IMG/VR virus record: IMGVR_UViG_3300010371_000005
Span: 1-59,432 of that record
Source of the DNA: a virus
Taxonomy: Duplodnaviria; Caudoviricetes
DNA: 59,432 nt
Direction: 5' to 3' (one strand)
In this document: in pieces, positions 25,488 through 35,908 of the stretch
Position numbering within the stretch: position 1 is the stretch's first letter
Layout: every line of letters begins with the position of its first letter
Made by a program: the position numbers and the translations under genes
The notes under the pieces: model-generated
Seen by the model: the letters and a program-made list of their open reading frames with translations, nothing else
Told to the model about the DNA's origin: nothing
Databases searched by the model: none

Positions 25488-27796
25488 TGGTCGGCCTGCG
25501 CCGCGCGCGCCTTACGGATCGCCGCGATGATCACGCTCTTGTTCGAGCCGGGCTTGAGCCGGATCGCGAGCTCAGGCTCGGCCGCGATGTCGCGCAGCTC
25601 GGCCGAGGTCTTGTCGGTGAGGTCATCCTGGACCTCAGTGGGCGGTGCCGGCTCGACACCCTCGCTGGTGATCGCCGTGATCTCTGGCGCGACCGTCGTA
25701 CTCACGAGAGGTTCGGTGCGTAGCTTCGTGACCGCGAGACGATCGTGGTAGATCTCCACCGGCTCGACCTGCCCGTTGTCCACAAGCTCATCCACAGCCT
25801 GCTTCACGCCGGGCCAGTCCGGGTGACCGTAGTCATCGAACGCGATCACGGCACCCTCGGCCAGGTGAGGCACCCACGCCTCGAACGCCGCGTGCACACC
25901 CTCAGCCGAGTGGTCATCGTCCACGAACAGCAGGCCGACCTTTGTTCCGTTCCACTGTCCCCACGCCCCACCAGTCGCATGAGCGAACCCGCGAACCAGC
26001 GTGATCCGCTCCTCGTACCCGAGGTTACGCACGTTGGAGTACGCCGTCTCGCGGGTCGAGGGGTCGATGAACGGGGGATCGTAGCTGTTGTTCGGCAGGT
26101 CCCACGCGTCCACCGCGGTCACATGTGCGCCGTTGCCCTGGCTCGCGCCCCACGCCATGATCAGTGCGGTCCGGCCCTGGAACACGCCCAGCTCTACGAT
26201 CTCCTGATCGGCCGGCACGCCCGCGGCGAAATCGGCCAGGGTGAACGCGATCTCATCGGGCGTGGCGCCGACCACCCAGCGGAACTCCGGTGGGAACGGG
26301 AACTTGGACTTCGGGGGTGCGCTGAACCGGCTCGGTCCGGAGCGCTCGACCTTACGGGGCCCTGATCCACGCACGTTGCGGGTCCTCTCTCTGGCCGGGC
26401 GGACCGGCGCCACGGGCGCGACCTCTCCCCGGAGCTTGCGAATGATCTGCACCTGATTCGGCAGGTCCAGCTTTTTCCAGTCCTGGTACGCCCTGCCGTC
26501 AGCGTTGTACTGCACGCGCGAGTTGACCTTGACGTACTGGTCGTCGCTGGCCGCTTTTCCGACCGCCGGGTGCATGTGCTCGATCTGCACCTCGTCACCG
26601 AGGTACCGCAGCGCACCGGCGCCGCCGAAAAGGTCCATCATGGCGTTGTCGCAGTACAGGTGATCGACCGGCGCGGGGACCATGCGGCCGAGCTCACGGA
26701 CCACGTCCGCGGTGATCGCCCATTCGGTGCTCAGCTTCCGGCCCTGGTAGCCGTCGTCGCCGTAGACCATCCCCGTGCGCATCTCCCAGAGCGCGGCCAG
26801 GTAGTACTGCGCCCACCCGATCGAGCGCGGCAGGTGGTCGTCGCCGGCGAACCCGATGGCGAAGTACTTGCGCTCTTCGGCGCGCACTTTCGCCGCCCAG
26901 TTCAGCTTAGGCACCAGCGGTTCCCATTTCGGAATCTGCATCGGCCAGATGCGCGGATCCCCCCTGAAGACCTCTCGGTAGCCTTCTACTTCGGGGTCGT
27001 CCGCATCGACCACTACGTGTAAGTCCGCTACTGCCCATGCATCCGTGCCGTCCCAGGCGGCGGTCACCTTGCGGATGTTCTCCGGCCGGCCGCGGGTCGG
27101 CACGATGACCGCCAGACGAAGCTGCTCCGGCGGGCGCTGGTCCAGATACTCGAAATGCGGGCTGCTCACGGGCACGCGTGCGAGAGGTCCGGCCTGGCGG
27201 ATCCGGTCGGGAGTCTTCCAGCGCGACCCCCGCCGGTTCCACCGATACTCATACATCACCCGGTCCAGGTAGACCTCCGTCTGCAGCGAGCCGGCGTCAC
27301 GGACCTGAGCGACCCACGGCCGGTCCTCCACCTGGCCGCGCTGGACCACTCGGAAGTCAGCGGCTTTCGCCACCTCGGAGAGCATCGGGTTGATGTGCGA
27401 GATGTCGCGCAGTAGGCGATACGGGTTCTTCTCCTCGCGCCATCCGCCGTGCCGCAGCGAGTGATCGACTGCTGCCTGCTTCGCGCCGTTGGCGAAGTAT
27501 TGCACTCGGAACCCGACGTAGTCCGGCCTCGACTCCAGCGCCGCCATGACAGAGCTGACGAAGTCTTCGGGCACCATGTCGTCGTCGTCGATGAACGACA
27601 GGTAGTCGGTGTCGGCCGCTTCCACGAGACGCTGGCGGATCTCCGGCAGGCCCGGCTGTCCGTTGTTCCAGAACGCCAACACCTTGACGCGGCCGGCGAA
27701 CGCATCGACCTGCGGCATGAGCCGGTCGGTCAGCTCGCTGAAAGGCCGGCCGCGTTCGCCAAGCGTCGGGATCAGGATCGTCCAGGTGGGTGTCAC
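25484..27796 (-). CDS. GT2-GT2-class I methyltransferase fusion
   Basis: ILIPT..FIDDDD; VIVPTRGRP..FAGDDH..HLYCDN; VELGVFQGRT..LLFVDDDH..FDDY. Confidence 0.85.
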   Translation of the reverse strand: MTPTWTILIPTLGERGRPFSELTDRLMPQVDAFAGRVKVLAFWNNGQPGLPEIRQRLVEAADTDYLSFIDDDDMVPEDFVSSVMAALESRPDYVGFRVQYFANGAKQAAVDHSLRHGGWREEKNPYRLLRDISHINPMLSEVAKAADFRVVQRGQVEDRPWVAQVRDAGSLQTEVYLDRVMYEYRWNRRGSRWKTPDRIRQAGPLARVPVSSPHFEYLDQRPPEQLRLAVIVPTRGRPENIRKVTAAWDGTDAWAVADLHVVVDADDPEVEGYREVFRGDPRIWPMQIPKWEPLVPKLNWAAKVRAEERKYFAIGFAGDDHLPRSIGWAQYYLAALWEMRTGMVYGDDGYQGRKLSTEWAITADVVRELGRMVPAPVDHLYCDNAMMDLFGGAGALRYLGDEVQIEHMHPAVGKAASDDQYVKVNSRVQYNADGRAYQDWKKLDLPNQVQIIRKLRGEVAPVAPVRPARERTRNVRGSGPRKVERSGPSRFSAPPKSKFPFPPEFRWVVGATPDEIAFTLADFAAGVPADQEIVELGVFQGRTALIMAWGASQGNGAHVTAVDAWDLPNNSYDPPFIDPSTRETAYSNVRNLGYEERITLVRGFAHATGGAWGQWNGTKVGLLFVDDDHSAEGVHAAFEAWVPHLAEGAVIAFDDYGHPDWPGVKQAVDELVDNGQVEPVEIYHDRLAVTKLRTEPLVSTTVAPEITAITSEGVEPAPPTEVQDDLTDKTSAELRDIAAEPELAIRLKPGSNKSVIIAAIRKARAAQADQ

Positions 27797-27820
27797 CCGG
27801 TCAGCATACCGCCGGACATC

Positions 27821-28477
27821 TCACGCGCCGATGCCCAGTACGTGGACAACGCCGAGCACCGAGACGGCCAGGAGAGAGGCCGTGACGCGGATCGTGATCC
27901 CCGTGGTGGTCTTCGTGCCGGCGACCGGAGCGCACGTGATTCGCCCGATCGTGCTGGCGTCGAACGCGTACGAGAGGTCGTAACTGGTGTTCGAGAAGGG
28001 CCGGTTCCAGACGATCGCCCGGTCAGCGAATCCGGCCAGCAGTAGGATCGGCACCTGGATGGAGACGATGTCGGCCTTGCCGAGCTTGCCAGCTACGGCC
28101 GCGACCGCGTTTCCGGCCGCTGTGTTGGCCGCCGTGGCTGCTGCAGCGGCGCTGGCTATCGCGGTGTCCTGGGTGGCCTGTGAGACCTGTAGCGCCGCCA
28201 CGGCGGCATCGTTGTTCGTGTCGAGCAGTGCTGCGGCTTTGGTGATGTGCTGCGCGGCGTAGTCCGCCGCAGGCCAGAGCACACCGTCCCGATCGTTCCA
28301 TCTGTCCCCGACGTAGACCGTGTACATCGGATAATGGCCGCTGGCGTCGCCGACCACCAGCACGCCGCCGCTCTCCGACATGACGGAACCACTCATCGAT
28401 GCCGCCATGGCGGCACCGTTCGAGCCGGTGTATTCGAGGAATCGCCCGAATCTGATCGCATCCACAGTTGCCATCAT
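27821..28477 (-). CDS. Tail fiber or minor tail protein
   Basis: Ala-rich coiled coil plus beta-rich C-terminal domain; end of the tail module. Confidence 0.55.
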   Translation of the reverse strand: MMATVDAIRFGRFLEYTGSNGAAMAASMSGSVMSESGGVLVVGDASGHYPMYTVYVGDRWNDRDGVLWPAADYAAQHITKAAALLDTNNDAAVAALQVSQATQDTAIASAAAAATAANTAAGNAVAAVAGKLGKADIVSIQVPILLLAGFADRAIVWNRPFSNTSYDLSYAFDASTIGRITCAPVAGTKTTTGITIRVTASLLAVSVLGVVHVLGIGA

Positions 28478-28526
28478 TACCCCTCACGACGGAAGGACGG
28501 TGAGACATAGATGCTTTTAAGTGTAG

Positions 28527-29213
28527 CTACCTGACGCGCTCAAACCACGCTACGGAGTTGCCCATGATCGCCAAGTTTCCGCCTGAGTTCTGGTATCCGC
28601 CGAATGAAACCGTGTCACCGGCGCTCATGGGAATCCGGATGGCACCGCTCACCACGATGTTGGATGAAGCGTAGTTCGTCACGGCGGGCTGGTTGAACAA
28701 GATGAACTCGGCACCGTTCTTGTTGACCCTGGCCTGCCGCGTGCCAGCCGGGGATGCCTGTGAGGCGTATCGCAGAACGATCGCGGCTTGATAGAGGCCA
28801 CCCTGCCCTGCCGGAACGGTGAAGTTGATCCCTGATCCGGGGTACATGCCGCCGATGTTGTACGGGATCGTCGCCGGAGTCAGGTCGGTAATGACCCCCG
28901 TAGTCAAGGTCGGCGTTCCGATCGTCACGTAGGAGCTGGGGAACCCCGTGGTGGCGCCGGAGGATGCGGTTCCGCCGAGCACCAGGAACTGACCTCGGCC
29001 GGTGAGGATGTTGACCACCTGGCCGACAGAGAAGACGACGCTACTGCCGACCACGGGCTTGTTGGCAACGGTGGACCCGTCGGCCAGGGTGACATCCACC
29101 GTGCCGCCGCCGTTGACCGCGGCGATGACGCCCGTGCGCAGACTGAGTTTCGAAGGTCCGTCGTCATCGGGGGAGATGTCCTTGATCGCCCTGGTGAAGT
29201 CGAAATCGGTCAT
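28527..29213 (-). CDS. Minor tail or receptor-binding protein
   Basis: N-terminal OB-like segment; C-terminal C1q/TNF-like pattern (FTVP..GLY..AGDTV). Confidence 0.6.
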   Translation of the reverse strand: MTDFDFTRAIKDISPDDDGPSKLSLRTGVIAAVNGGGTVDVTLADGSTVANKPVVGSSVVFSVGQVVNILTGRGQFLVLGGTASSGATTGFPSSYVTIGTPTLTTGVITDLTPATIPYNIGGMYPGSGINFTVPAGQGGLYQAAIVLRYASQASPAGTRQARVNKNGAEFILFNQPAVTNYASSNIVVSGAIRIPMSAGDTVSFGGYQNSGGNLAIMGNSVAWFERVR

Positions 29214-30283
29214 CGGATCTCCCGCGCCTTCGCGCTCGTTTCGCCGGTGATGTCGACCGTCACCGCATCGAGCACGTACGTGTTGCCTTCGAAGCTGACC
29301 ACGTCGTCAGCGTCGACTGTCGGGTTGTACGGCCAGGACACCGAATAGGAGGAACCGCCTCCGATCGACTCGGCCAGCAGGGAGTCGGCCGCGATCTGCG
29401 CCTGCGCCACCGTCGTGATCGTCGTGCTGCTGAAAAACTGCGTCGTTCGGCCATACGGACTGCCGCCCGGGGCCGCGCCGGCGTAGGTCGGGCTTCCCGG
29501 GTCGGTGTCCATCGCGATCGCCTGCACCGGCGCGATGCCGTTCTGCGTCTCGCCGCGGGCCACGATCACGTTCGCGGGCTGAGTATCGAAGTCCGCGGAG
29601 AACGACACATTACCGCCGAGCGGATAGGTGGCGAGGGGGTCGGGATTGAGCGAGGATACGTGGATGGCGCCGGTGCGGTCGAACCACATCGACACACCAT
29701 GCGCTTCGGCGATCTCCAGCAGCTCTTTCCAGGGTCCGGTGCCGGTCTCCAGCCCGAAGTCGTAGGGGTTGAGCACGATCTCGCCACCGGTCGGCAGGTT
29801 GGGGGAGATGCCGGTCCGGTTGCGGATCACGTCGTTGACCATGCGGGTGAACCAGATACCGCCGAGGGTCGTGAACACCTTCTCGAACCGGTAACGGTCG
29901 ATGCGGTCGGACAGGTCGATCAGGCTCACGGCCGTCGCCTTCGCGCCCGCCACGCTGTCGGTACGCACCGAAGAGACCTCGTAGGTACCGAACGGTACCG
30001 TACTGATCGAACCGTCCAGCAGCTCGATTCCCAGCTCCACTGAACAGGTCGTACCGAACGGAGTGAGTAGATCGCCGGGGCGCTGCGGGAACCGGTTCCC
30101 GCCCACGAAGGTCAGGCGCCCATCCCACCTGGCCGAGCGGCGCGCGTCCTGCGTGAACGATCCGCCGACCGGCTCGAGCATCTGGCTGACGCCGTTGCGG
30201 TTGAACGTGCAGCGGGTGACGCGCCGGTACCCGGTCGCCGTGGTGATGGCCGCCTGGTGCCGAGCCGAAGTGAAGGGGTTCAC
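29210..30283 (-). CDS. Minor tail (hub-like) protein
   Basis: LLTPFGT, VPFGTY and SPYGRTTQFFSS motifs; position in the tail module. Confidence 0.7.
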   Translation of the reverse strand: MNPFTSARHQAAITTATGYRRVTRCTFNRNGVSQMLEPVGGSFTQDARRSARWDGRLTFVGGNRFPQRPGDLLTPFGTTCSVELGIELLDGSISTVPFGTYEVSSVRTDSVAGAKATAVSLIDLSDRIDRYRFEKVFTTLGGIWFTRMVNDVIRNRTGISPNLPTGGEIVLNPYDFGLETGTGPWKELLEIAEAHGVSMWFDRTGAIHVSSLNPDPLATYPLGGNVSFSADFDTQPANVIVARGETQNGIAPVQAIAMDTDPGSPTYAGAAPGGSPYGRTTQFFSSTTITTVAQAQIAADSLLAESIGGGSSYSVSWPYNPTVDADDVVSFEGNTYVLDAVTVDITGETSAKAREIR

Positions 30284-33099
30284 AGCAGGGTCTCCGGTTC
30301 TACCGTCTCCGGCCAGGGCTGACGTACGGCGCTGGTGGACAGGACCTTCACGTCCGGCGCGGGCGCGGTCACCGTCCACGCTCCCGGCGCGTACCAGCCC
30401 GGGGTGCCGCCGAGCGGTGCCCAGTAGACCAGGTCCGCGCCGATGATCTCTTCAAGGCGGTCGATGTCCTGCTTGCCCACGACCGCGATCGTGAGTGACA
30501 GGTCATCGCCCGGGATGGTGTTCGACACCGTGTGACGGCCGCCGGTTCGCGGGACCGCGTCCGTACTCCCGCGGGGCAGTGCGTGGCCACGAGTGGCGGC
30601 GACCGCCATCACGTCGGTCAGCGATCCGATGCGGTCCATCCCGTCGGTGTGCAGTAACGCCGGCACGGTGATCGCGGCGAACTCGCTGATCCGCAGTTCC
30701 GGCACCGGCAGAGTGCCACCGGCCACGGTGCCCTCGACGCGAACGAAGTGCGCCTCGCGGAACGGGGGCAGGTTGCTCGCCGAACCCGTCGAGCCTGCTC
30801 CGCTTGCTCCGGGGGTGATCAGGGCTTCGCTGGTGTCACTGACGTTGTGAGTGTGCGTGGCGAGAGGTACGGAGCCCTGCGTGCCGGTGGTGTCCCGGCC
30901 GTACGTCTTGCTCCCGGAGACGCCGGTGGTCACCTCGTGCTTGTGCGATGTTGCACCGTGCGTGTGTGCCGGGGCGGTGTGCGTGTGTGAGGCGGCGCCG
31001 CCGGTGCTGCCGACCGATGCGGTACCGATGTCCCGGCAGAACCAGGTGCGCATGTCCGGCGTGCCGTTCGAGCCGTTGCACAGGGTCAGCACCGGATCGA
31101 GATCGGCGACCGCATCCGTGTAGAGACCGATGATGCGGGTCTGCGCGCCGTTACCGGTGTTGCGCAGCGTACGCAGTCGCCGATTCGGAGGTTCGGTGTT
31201 GGCGATCGAGACACCGCCGCCACCTGCGGAGAGGACGGCGCCGGACGTGGTCGCCACCACGTTACCGGGGTGAGTGTGGCGGGCGAGCCAGCGCGGCGTG
31301 CCGCTACCGGAGTTCGCTTCGGTGGCGGCAGCCGGGCCGCTCGGCTCGGTGGTGAAGTTGGGGTGGTCGTGCTGCGGTGGCGTGCCGTGCGTGTGGATAT
31401 TCACGTCGTGGCCGTGAGTCGACCCGCCGTAGACGGCACCCCCGTTGCCCGCCGCCGCGGCACCGCGCAGGAACCGGCCGGAGGATGCGGCGTCGGTCGC
31501 CCATCCGGACACGCTCTGCGTACTCCAGCCGAGTGCGCCGACCGGGTACACGGTGGCCGAGCCGTCCGACCGGATCCAGATGACCTCCCGAGTCGGCGCG
31601 AGGTGGCTCGATGTGGTGGTGCCGGGCGCGGTCGCTCCGGTGCTCACGACGTTCGAGGGGCCGGACAGCAGCGGCAGGTCGTGATCATGCGTGGCCGAGG
31701 TGACCGCGATCGAGGCTTTGTCCTTGCGTTCGGTGTTCGTGCTGGTGCTCGATCCGACGGTGTCGGCGGGCATCATGTGCTGGTGACTCGGGATCGAGTG
31801 ACTGTGGGACGGGCTGGTGTGCGAGTGCGAGGTGGTGCCGCCGGTGACCGAGGGCGCCGCGGTGGTGGTCGCGCCGCGCGGATAGAACCCGTCCAGCGCC
31901 GTCACGCGCAGCCATCCGCTGGGGATGCTCGCTGCGGTCCCCGGCCACCCCAGTACGAGGTCCACGGGGATGGTGGCGGGGATGGTGACGGTGCTGGAGA
32001 CGTAGCCGCGATAGCGCACCCGATAGGTGATGTCGCAGTTGTGCAGCTCCAGCGTGCAGATACCGTCGGCCAGGACATGCTCGGTGTCGACCTGCGGGAT
32101 GGCCAGATCGAGATACGAGCCGTCCTGGCTGTCGGCGACGACCGCGATCCGGTGCGAGCCGGTGCAGTCGTCGCGCCACACCTCGGTCACCACGTAGTCG
32201 TTGTCCCACGGCTGACCGCCGGGGAACTCCCACGTCACCCGGTACCCCTCGCCTTCACGAACCGCGGTGAGGTTCGGCGGGGACGGCGGCGGGATGGTGT
32301 TCTCGATCTCGAAGTTCAGCGCCCCGATGCCGAAGAACTCATCCTCGTCGCGGATCGTGCTGGTCACGCCGAAGGTCAGTGTGTAGAACCCGTCATCGAG
32401 CGGGACGGGGCAGATGATCGAGGTAGGTGGCTCACCCTCGCCGGAGGTTTCCAGTATCACCGTTCCCGGCGACTTGACCAGTTCTATCTGCCATCCGCGG
32501 GCAGGTAGGCCGTCGTAGGACACGGGGCCGAAGTAGAAGACCGGCTGGTTGGTGTCGGTGATCGTGCCGAGGTGCTGATTCACGCCGGCGTTGTCACGCA
32601 CCTCCGGTGTGAACTGCGGCTCCAGTCGCGAATCCACGTCCAGATACAGCTCGGAAGTGCGGATCTGCGCCGCGCCACCCGCCGCCCCGGTGAGCACCCC
32701 GCCGGAGATGTTCAGCACCGACAGGGGCGCGATCTGCCCCAGTAACAGGTTCGAGCTGGTGAACCAATCCCCGGCATACTCGGAGAACGCGTCGGAGATG
32801 TTCATCCGGCTCGCGCTGGTCAGCACCCCGCCGCCACCCGTGGCCGAGATCTCCAGATCCTCGCGGCCGGTGCCCACATCCACCCGCATGCGTGCACGTG
32901 CACGGACCCGATGACGCTCGTACCCCGCGGTCAGCGTGTGCGGTTCCATCCGCACCGACCAGGGCGTACCGGTGCCCGGGGACTGGATGTAGGTGCTGTC
33001 GCTGTTGTCGGCCGTGACTGTGGCCAGCGTGCCGGACGGAACGGCTGTTCCGTTTCCGATGGTGGTCACGGCGGTCGGGCGCAGCGTCGTGATGATCAC
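30280..33099 (-). CDS. Large tail protein with three collar-like/HxH modules
   Basis: WPGT..IPSGW, GRFLRGA, LCNGSNGTPD; twelve HxH motifs. Confidence 0.75.
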   Translation of the reverse strand: MIITTLRPTAVTTIGNGTAVPSGTLATVTADNSDSTYIQSPGTGTPWSVRMEPHTLTAGYERHRVRARARMRVDVGTGREDLEISATGGGGVLTSASRMNISDAFSEYAGDWFTSSNLLLGQIAPLSVLNISGGVLTGAAGGAAQIRTSELYLDVDSRLEPQFTPEVRDNAGVNQHLGTITDTNQPVFYFGPVSYDGLPARGWQIELVKSPGTVILETSGEGEPPTSIICPVPLDDGFYTLTFGVTSTIRDEDEFFGIGALNFEIENTIPPPSPPNLTAVREGEGYRVTWEFPGGQPWDNDYVVTEVWRDDCTGSHRIAVVADSQDGSYLDLAIPQVDTEHVLADGICTLELHNCDITYRVRYRGYVSSTVTIPATIPVDLVLGWPGTAASIPSGWLRVTALDGFYPRGATTTAAPSVTGGTTSHSHTSPSHSHSIPSHQHMMPADTVGSSTSTNTERKDKASIAVTSATHDHDLPLLSGPSNVVSTGATAPGTTTSSHLAPTREVIWIRSDGSATVYPVGALGWSTQSVSGWATDAASSGRFLRGAAAAGNGGAVYGGSTHGHDVNIHTHGTPPQHDHPNFTTEPSGPAAATEANSGSGTPRWLARHTHPGNVVATTSGAVLSAGGGGVSIANTEPPNRRLRTLRNTGNGAQTRIIGLYTDAVADLDPVLTLCNGSNGTPDMRTWFCRDIGTASVGSTGGAASHTHTAPAHTHGATSHKHEVTTGVSGSKTYGRDTTGTQGSVPLATHTHNVSDTSEALITPGASGAGSTGSASNLPPFREAHFVRVEGTVAGGTLPVPELRISEFAAITVPALLHTDGMDRIGSLTDVMAVAATRGHALPRGSTDAVPRTGGRHTVSNTIPGDDLSLTIAVVGKQDIDRLEEIIGADLVYWAPLGGTPGWYAPGAWTVTAPAPDVKVLSTSAVRQPWPETVEPETLL

Positions 33100-33134
33100 T
33101 GAGATGTCCCCCTGCTTCGGCTCACGTGGACATC

Positions 33135-35906
33135 TTAAACATCGGCGACCTGCGGGCCGGGCTGCGGCCCGGTCCCGATGAAATCGGCGGAGACCTGACG
33201 GCTCCGGCCGACCTTGACCACCGACACCGATCCGGCCACAGGAGCAGCCCAGACCTCGGTGGAATCAGACGGGCTGATCAGCACGAGCGGCCGGGCCAGC
33301 ACGGTGAGCAGCTCGGCCAGGGCGGCCTCCGACTCCACCCCGGCGACCATGTGCAGGTTGCGTTCCCCGGGCGCGGCATTCTCGGCGAAGCGTGTGCCGT
33401 TGACGCCGGTGTTCGCGGTCAGCTCGCGATCCACGTCCCACGTGAACTTCCCGATCACCGGAGCCCACAGCGCGCCGGTGGCGTCCTGAGTGCGGATCAG
33501 GTGCTCGCTCTCGTCCCACGTGAAGCAGACCTCGGTGGGCGGAGGCTCGGGGATCTGTGGCTCGGTCAGCTGCACGAACGCGACCGTTCCGTACAGAGGC
33601 TGGGTGCTCGCGGCGCTCAACGTGCCAGACGTGCTCCCGCCGACCGTCGGGGTGGTGCTGTCCGTGGCGGAGCTGACATGCGTGTGACCGCTGGTGCTGA
33701 CCGCGATGGTGCTGGACGCGAGCACGTTGCTGCTGGCCGCCGCGGTGGCCGCCGTCGTGGTCGTGTGGGTGTGGCCGGTGGTCGTGTGCGTGTGGCTCGG
33801 GGTGGTGTGCGTGTGCGTGTTGAGCGATCCACCGGTGGTGCCGATCCCCGAGGTGGCGCCCTTGACGTACCGGTCGAGCAGGTTGGGCGTGCCGTTCGTC
33901 CCGTCACAGAGTTTCCAGTGGCGCGGGATGGTGCCCAGCGACCCGCGCCATGCGCCGATGATCCCGACCGGGATCGAAGCCCCGCCGCTGGTGTTCTGCT
34001 TGACCCGCATCTGCACGAACGGCGGTTCGTCCGGGGACGCGGTGCCGGAGTTGCCGTTCCCGCCGGATGTCAGGGCGGCGGCATCGGCAGCGCCCACTGT
34101 GACTGCGTGATTGTGGGTGGCGGCGTAAGTCGCCGAGATCGCGCCCGCCGTGAGAGTCAGCGTGCCGGCCACGTTCCCGGTGTTCGGGCTCGTGTGCGTG
34201 TGCGATACCGCAGCGTGCACATGGGTGGCGATGGCGTGCAGGTGATTCGGCAACTGGCTCGCGACTGTGGCGCCACCGTCTGCCGAATCGCCGGCGCCGC
34301 GCAGGAACCGGCCGGTGGCGTTCGCGTAATCCGTCCAGCCCGTCAGCGCGATGTCCGGCGAGATGCCCAGCGCGTTGTTCGGGACACCGGCCGGTGTCCC
34401 ATCCGACTCGATGTGAATCACGTTCAGCCGATCCGGATCGTTCGGGATCGAGCTGCCGATCGAAGGGCTGGTGAGTCCGGACAGCAGGCTGGTACTGGCG
34501 ACCGCGGAGCGGGTGTGCGTATGTGTCACGGGGACCGCAGACGATCCGGCGGTGTTCGGGGTGGAGGTCACCTGGCCGGTGGCCGCCGAGGTGTTACCGG
34601 TGACCGTGTGCGCGTGAGTGATGTCGTGAGCATGGCTCGGGGTGGTGTGTCCGTGCGAACCGGATCCACCGGTGAGGCCGGGCTGCGTGCTCGCGGTGGC
34701 CACGCCCTTGGCGTACCGGCCGTCCAATGCGGTGGTGCGTTTCCAGCCTGCTGGGATGCCGGCGTTCGTGCCCGGCCAGAGGAAGATCAGGCCCCGGGGC
34801 AGGCCGGTGTCGCGCACGTCGGACCAGGCGCTGATCACCACGGCTCCCGCCTTGCGCCCGATCGCGCGCGCCCGGTAGTACGAGCAGCACTGCTCGGCCA
34901 CGTGCGTGCACGAGGACCCCAGGCCGGTGCGCGGGATGGTGTAGTCCTCCCACGTCGCGCATTCGTCGGTGCCGAGTGGGCCGAGCATGGCCAGGGTCGT
35001 TCCGTTCTCGTTCTCACTGCCGGCGCAGTCGATGCGCTGCAACTCCACGAATCCCCGGCCGAGATCGAAGCCCGACATGTCGGGGGCGCAGACCTCGACG
35101 GCGTACAGCGGCGAGCCGGGGATCTGCTCGGCTACGGGGTCGTTCGGGATCGGCACATCGCCGGTGCTGATCGTGAAGGCAACCGTCTGCACGGTGCTCG
35201 GGTAGGGGGTGTTCGCTCCGAGGGTGGTCCAGATCTGCAGGTTGGCGGTGTAGCTGCCGTTCGGGAGCGGGTCGGTGAGCTGGTCGGTGGGGTTTCCCGC
35301 CAGCACGCCGGTATCCCAGACGATCGTGCTGCCCTGCGTGATCCAGTAACGGTACTGCCGCAGCACGAGCCCGTCGGAGTCCACCGCGGTCACTCGCAAC
35401 AGAGGGGTGTTCGTGTCGGTGATGGTGGTGTTGACCGCGCCCGCGCCGTCCAGCACCTGACCGGTGAAGGTCGGCGCTTCGCGGCTGTCCATGTCGATGT
35501 AGACCTCGGTGACCTTGACCCCGCTGTCCTGGCCGAGGATGTGGGCGGCCAGGATGGTGGATCCGTCGTGGGGGGCGCCGAATCCCCACGAGCCGTTCAC
35601 CGTGTCGGGGCTCGCCGGGAATGTCGCCGAAGCTCCACCGGTCAGCGCGCCACTCTGCAACCGCACCGCCCACCACGCGCTGCCGTCTTCGCCGCGGACA
35701 CGCACCCGAACCTGGTGGCGGCGCTCGCCGGCGGGCGGGGAGTCGACCGGGGTCTGCAACACCAGCGGCGAGCCGGATCCCGACCACAGCGCGTAGGTCG
35801 AATCGAGGTCATCGGAGGTGACCCCGTTCAGCGTGCCGGACGGCATCGCTGACCAGCCGGTGAACGAAGAGACCGAGGACGGCCTGAGTACCGTTATCGA
35901 ACCCAC
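33135..35906 (-). CDS. Large tail protein, paralog of 30280-33099
   Basis: Same architecture: WPGT..IPAGW, GRFLRGA, LCDGTNGTPN; twelve HxH motifs. Confidence 0.75.
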   Translation of the reverse strand: MGSITVLRPSSVSSFTGWSAMPSGTLNGVTSDDLDSTYALWSGSGSPLVLQTPVDSPPAGERRHQVRVRVRGEDGSAWWAVRLQSGALTGGASATFPASPDTVNGSWGFGAPHDGSTILAAHILGQDSGVKVTEVYIDMDSREAPTFTGQVLDGAGAVNTTITDTNTPLLRVTAVDSDGLVLRQYRYWITQGSTIVWDTGVLAGNPTDQLTDPLPNGSYTANLQIWTTLGANTPYPSTVQTVAFTISTGDVPIPNDPVAEQIPGSPLYAVEVCAPDMSGFDLGRGFVELQRIDCAGSENENGTTLAMLGPLGTDECATWEDYTIPRTGLGSSCTHVAEQCCSYYRARAIGRKAGAVVISAWSDVRDTGLPRGLIFLWPGTNAGIPAGWKRTTALDGRYAKGVATASTQPGLTGGSGSHGHTTPSHAHDITHAHTVTGNTSAATGQVTSTPNTAGSSAVPVTHTHTRSAVASTSLLSGLTSPSIGSSIPNDPDRLNVIHIESDGTPAGVPNNALGISPDIALTGWTDYANATGRFLRGAGDSADGGATVASQLPNHLHAIATHVHAAVSHTHTSPNTGNVAGTLTLTAGAISATYAATHNHAVTVGAADAAALTSGGNGNSGTASPDEPPFVQMRVKQNTSGGASIPVGIIGAWRGSLGTIPRHWKLCDGTNGTPNLLDRYVKGATSGIGTTGGSLNTHTHTTPSHTHTTTGHTHTTTTAATAAASSNVLASSTIAVSTSGHTHVSSATDSTTPTVGGSTSGTLSAASTQPLYGTVAFVQLTEPQIPEPPPTEVCFTWDESEHLIRTQDATGALWAPVIGKFTWDVDRELTANTGVNGTRFAENAAPGERNLHMVAGVESEAALAELLTVLARPLVLISPSDSTEVWAAPVAGSVSVVKVGRSRQVSADFIGTGPQPGPQVADV

Positions 35907-35908
35907 GG

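Noticed and set aside
33126-35852. Long opposite-strand ORFs such as 33126-35852, 11310-13352, 47796-49565 and 18010-19632
   Set aside because: These are shadow frames of high-GC genes with Arg/Gly-rich translations and no motifs.
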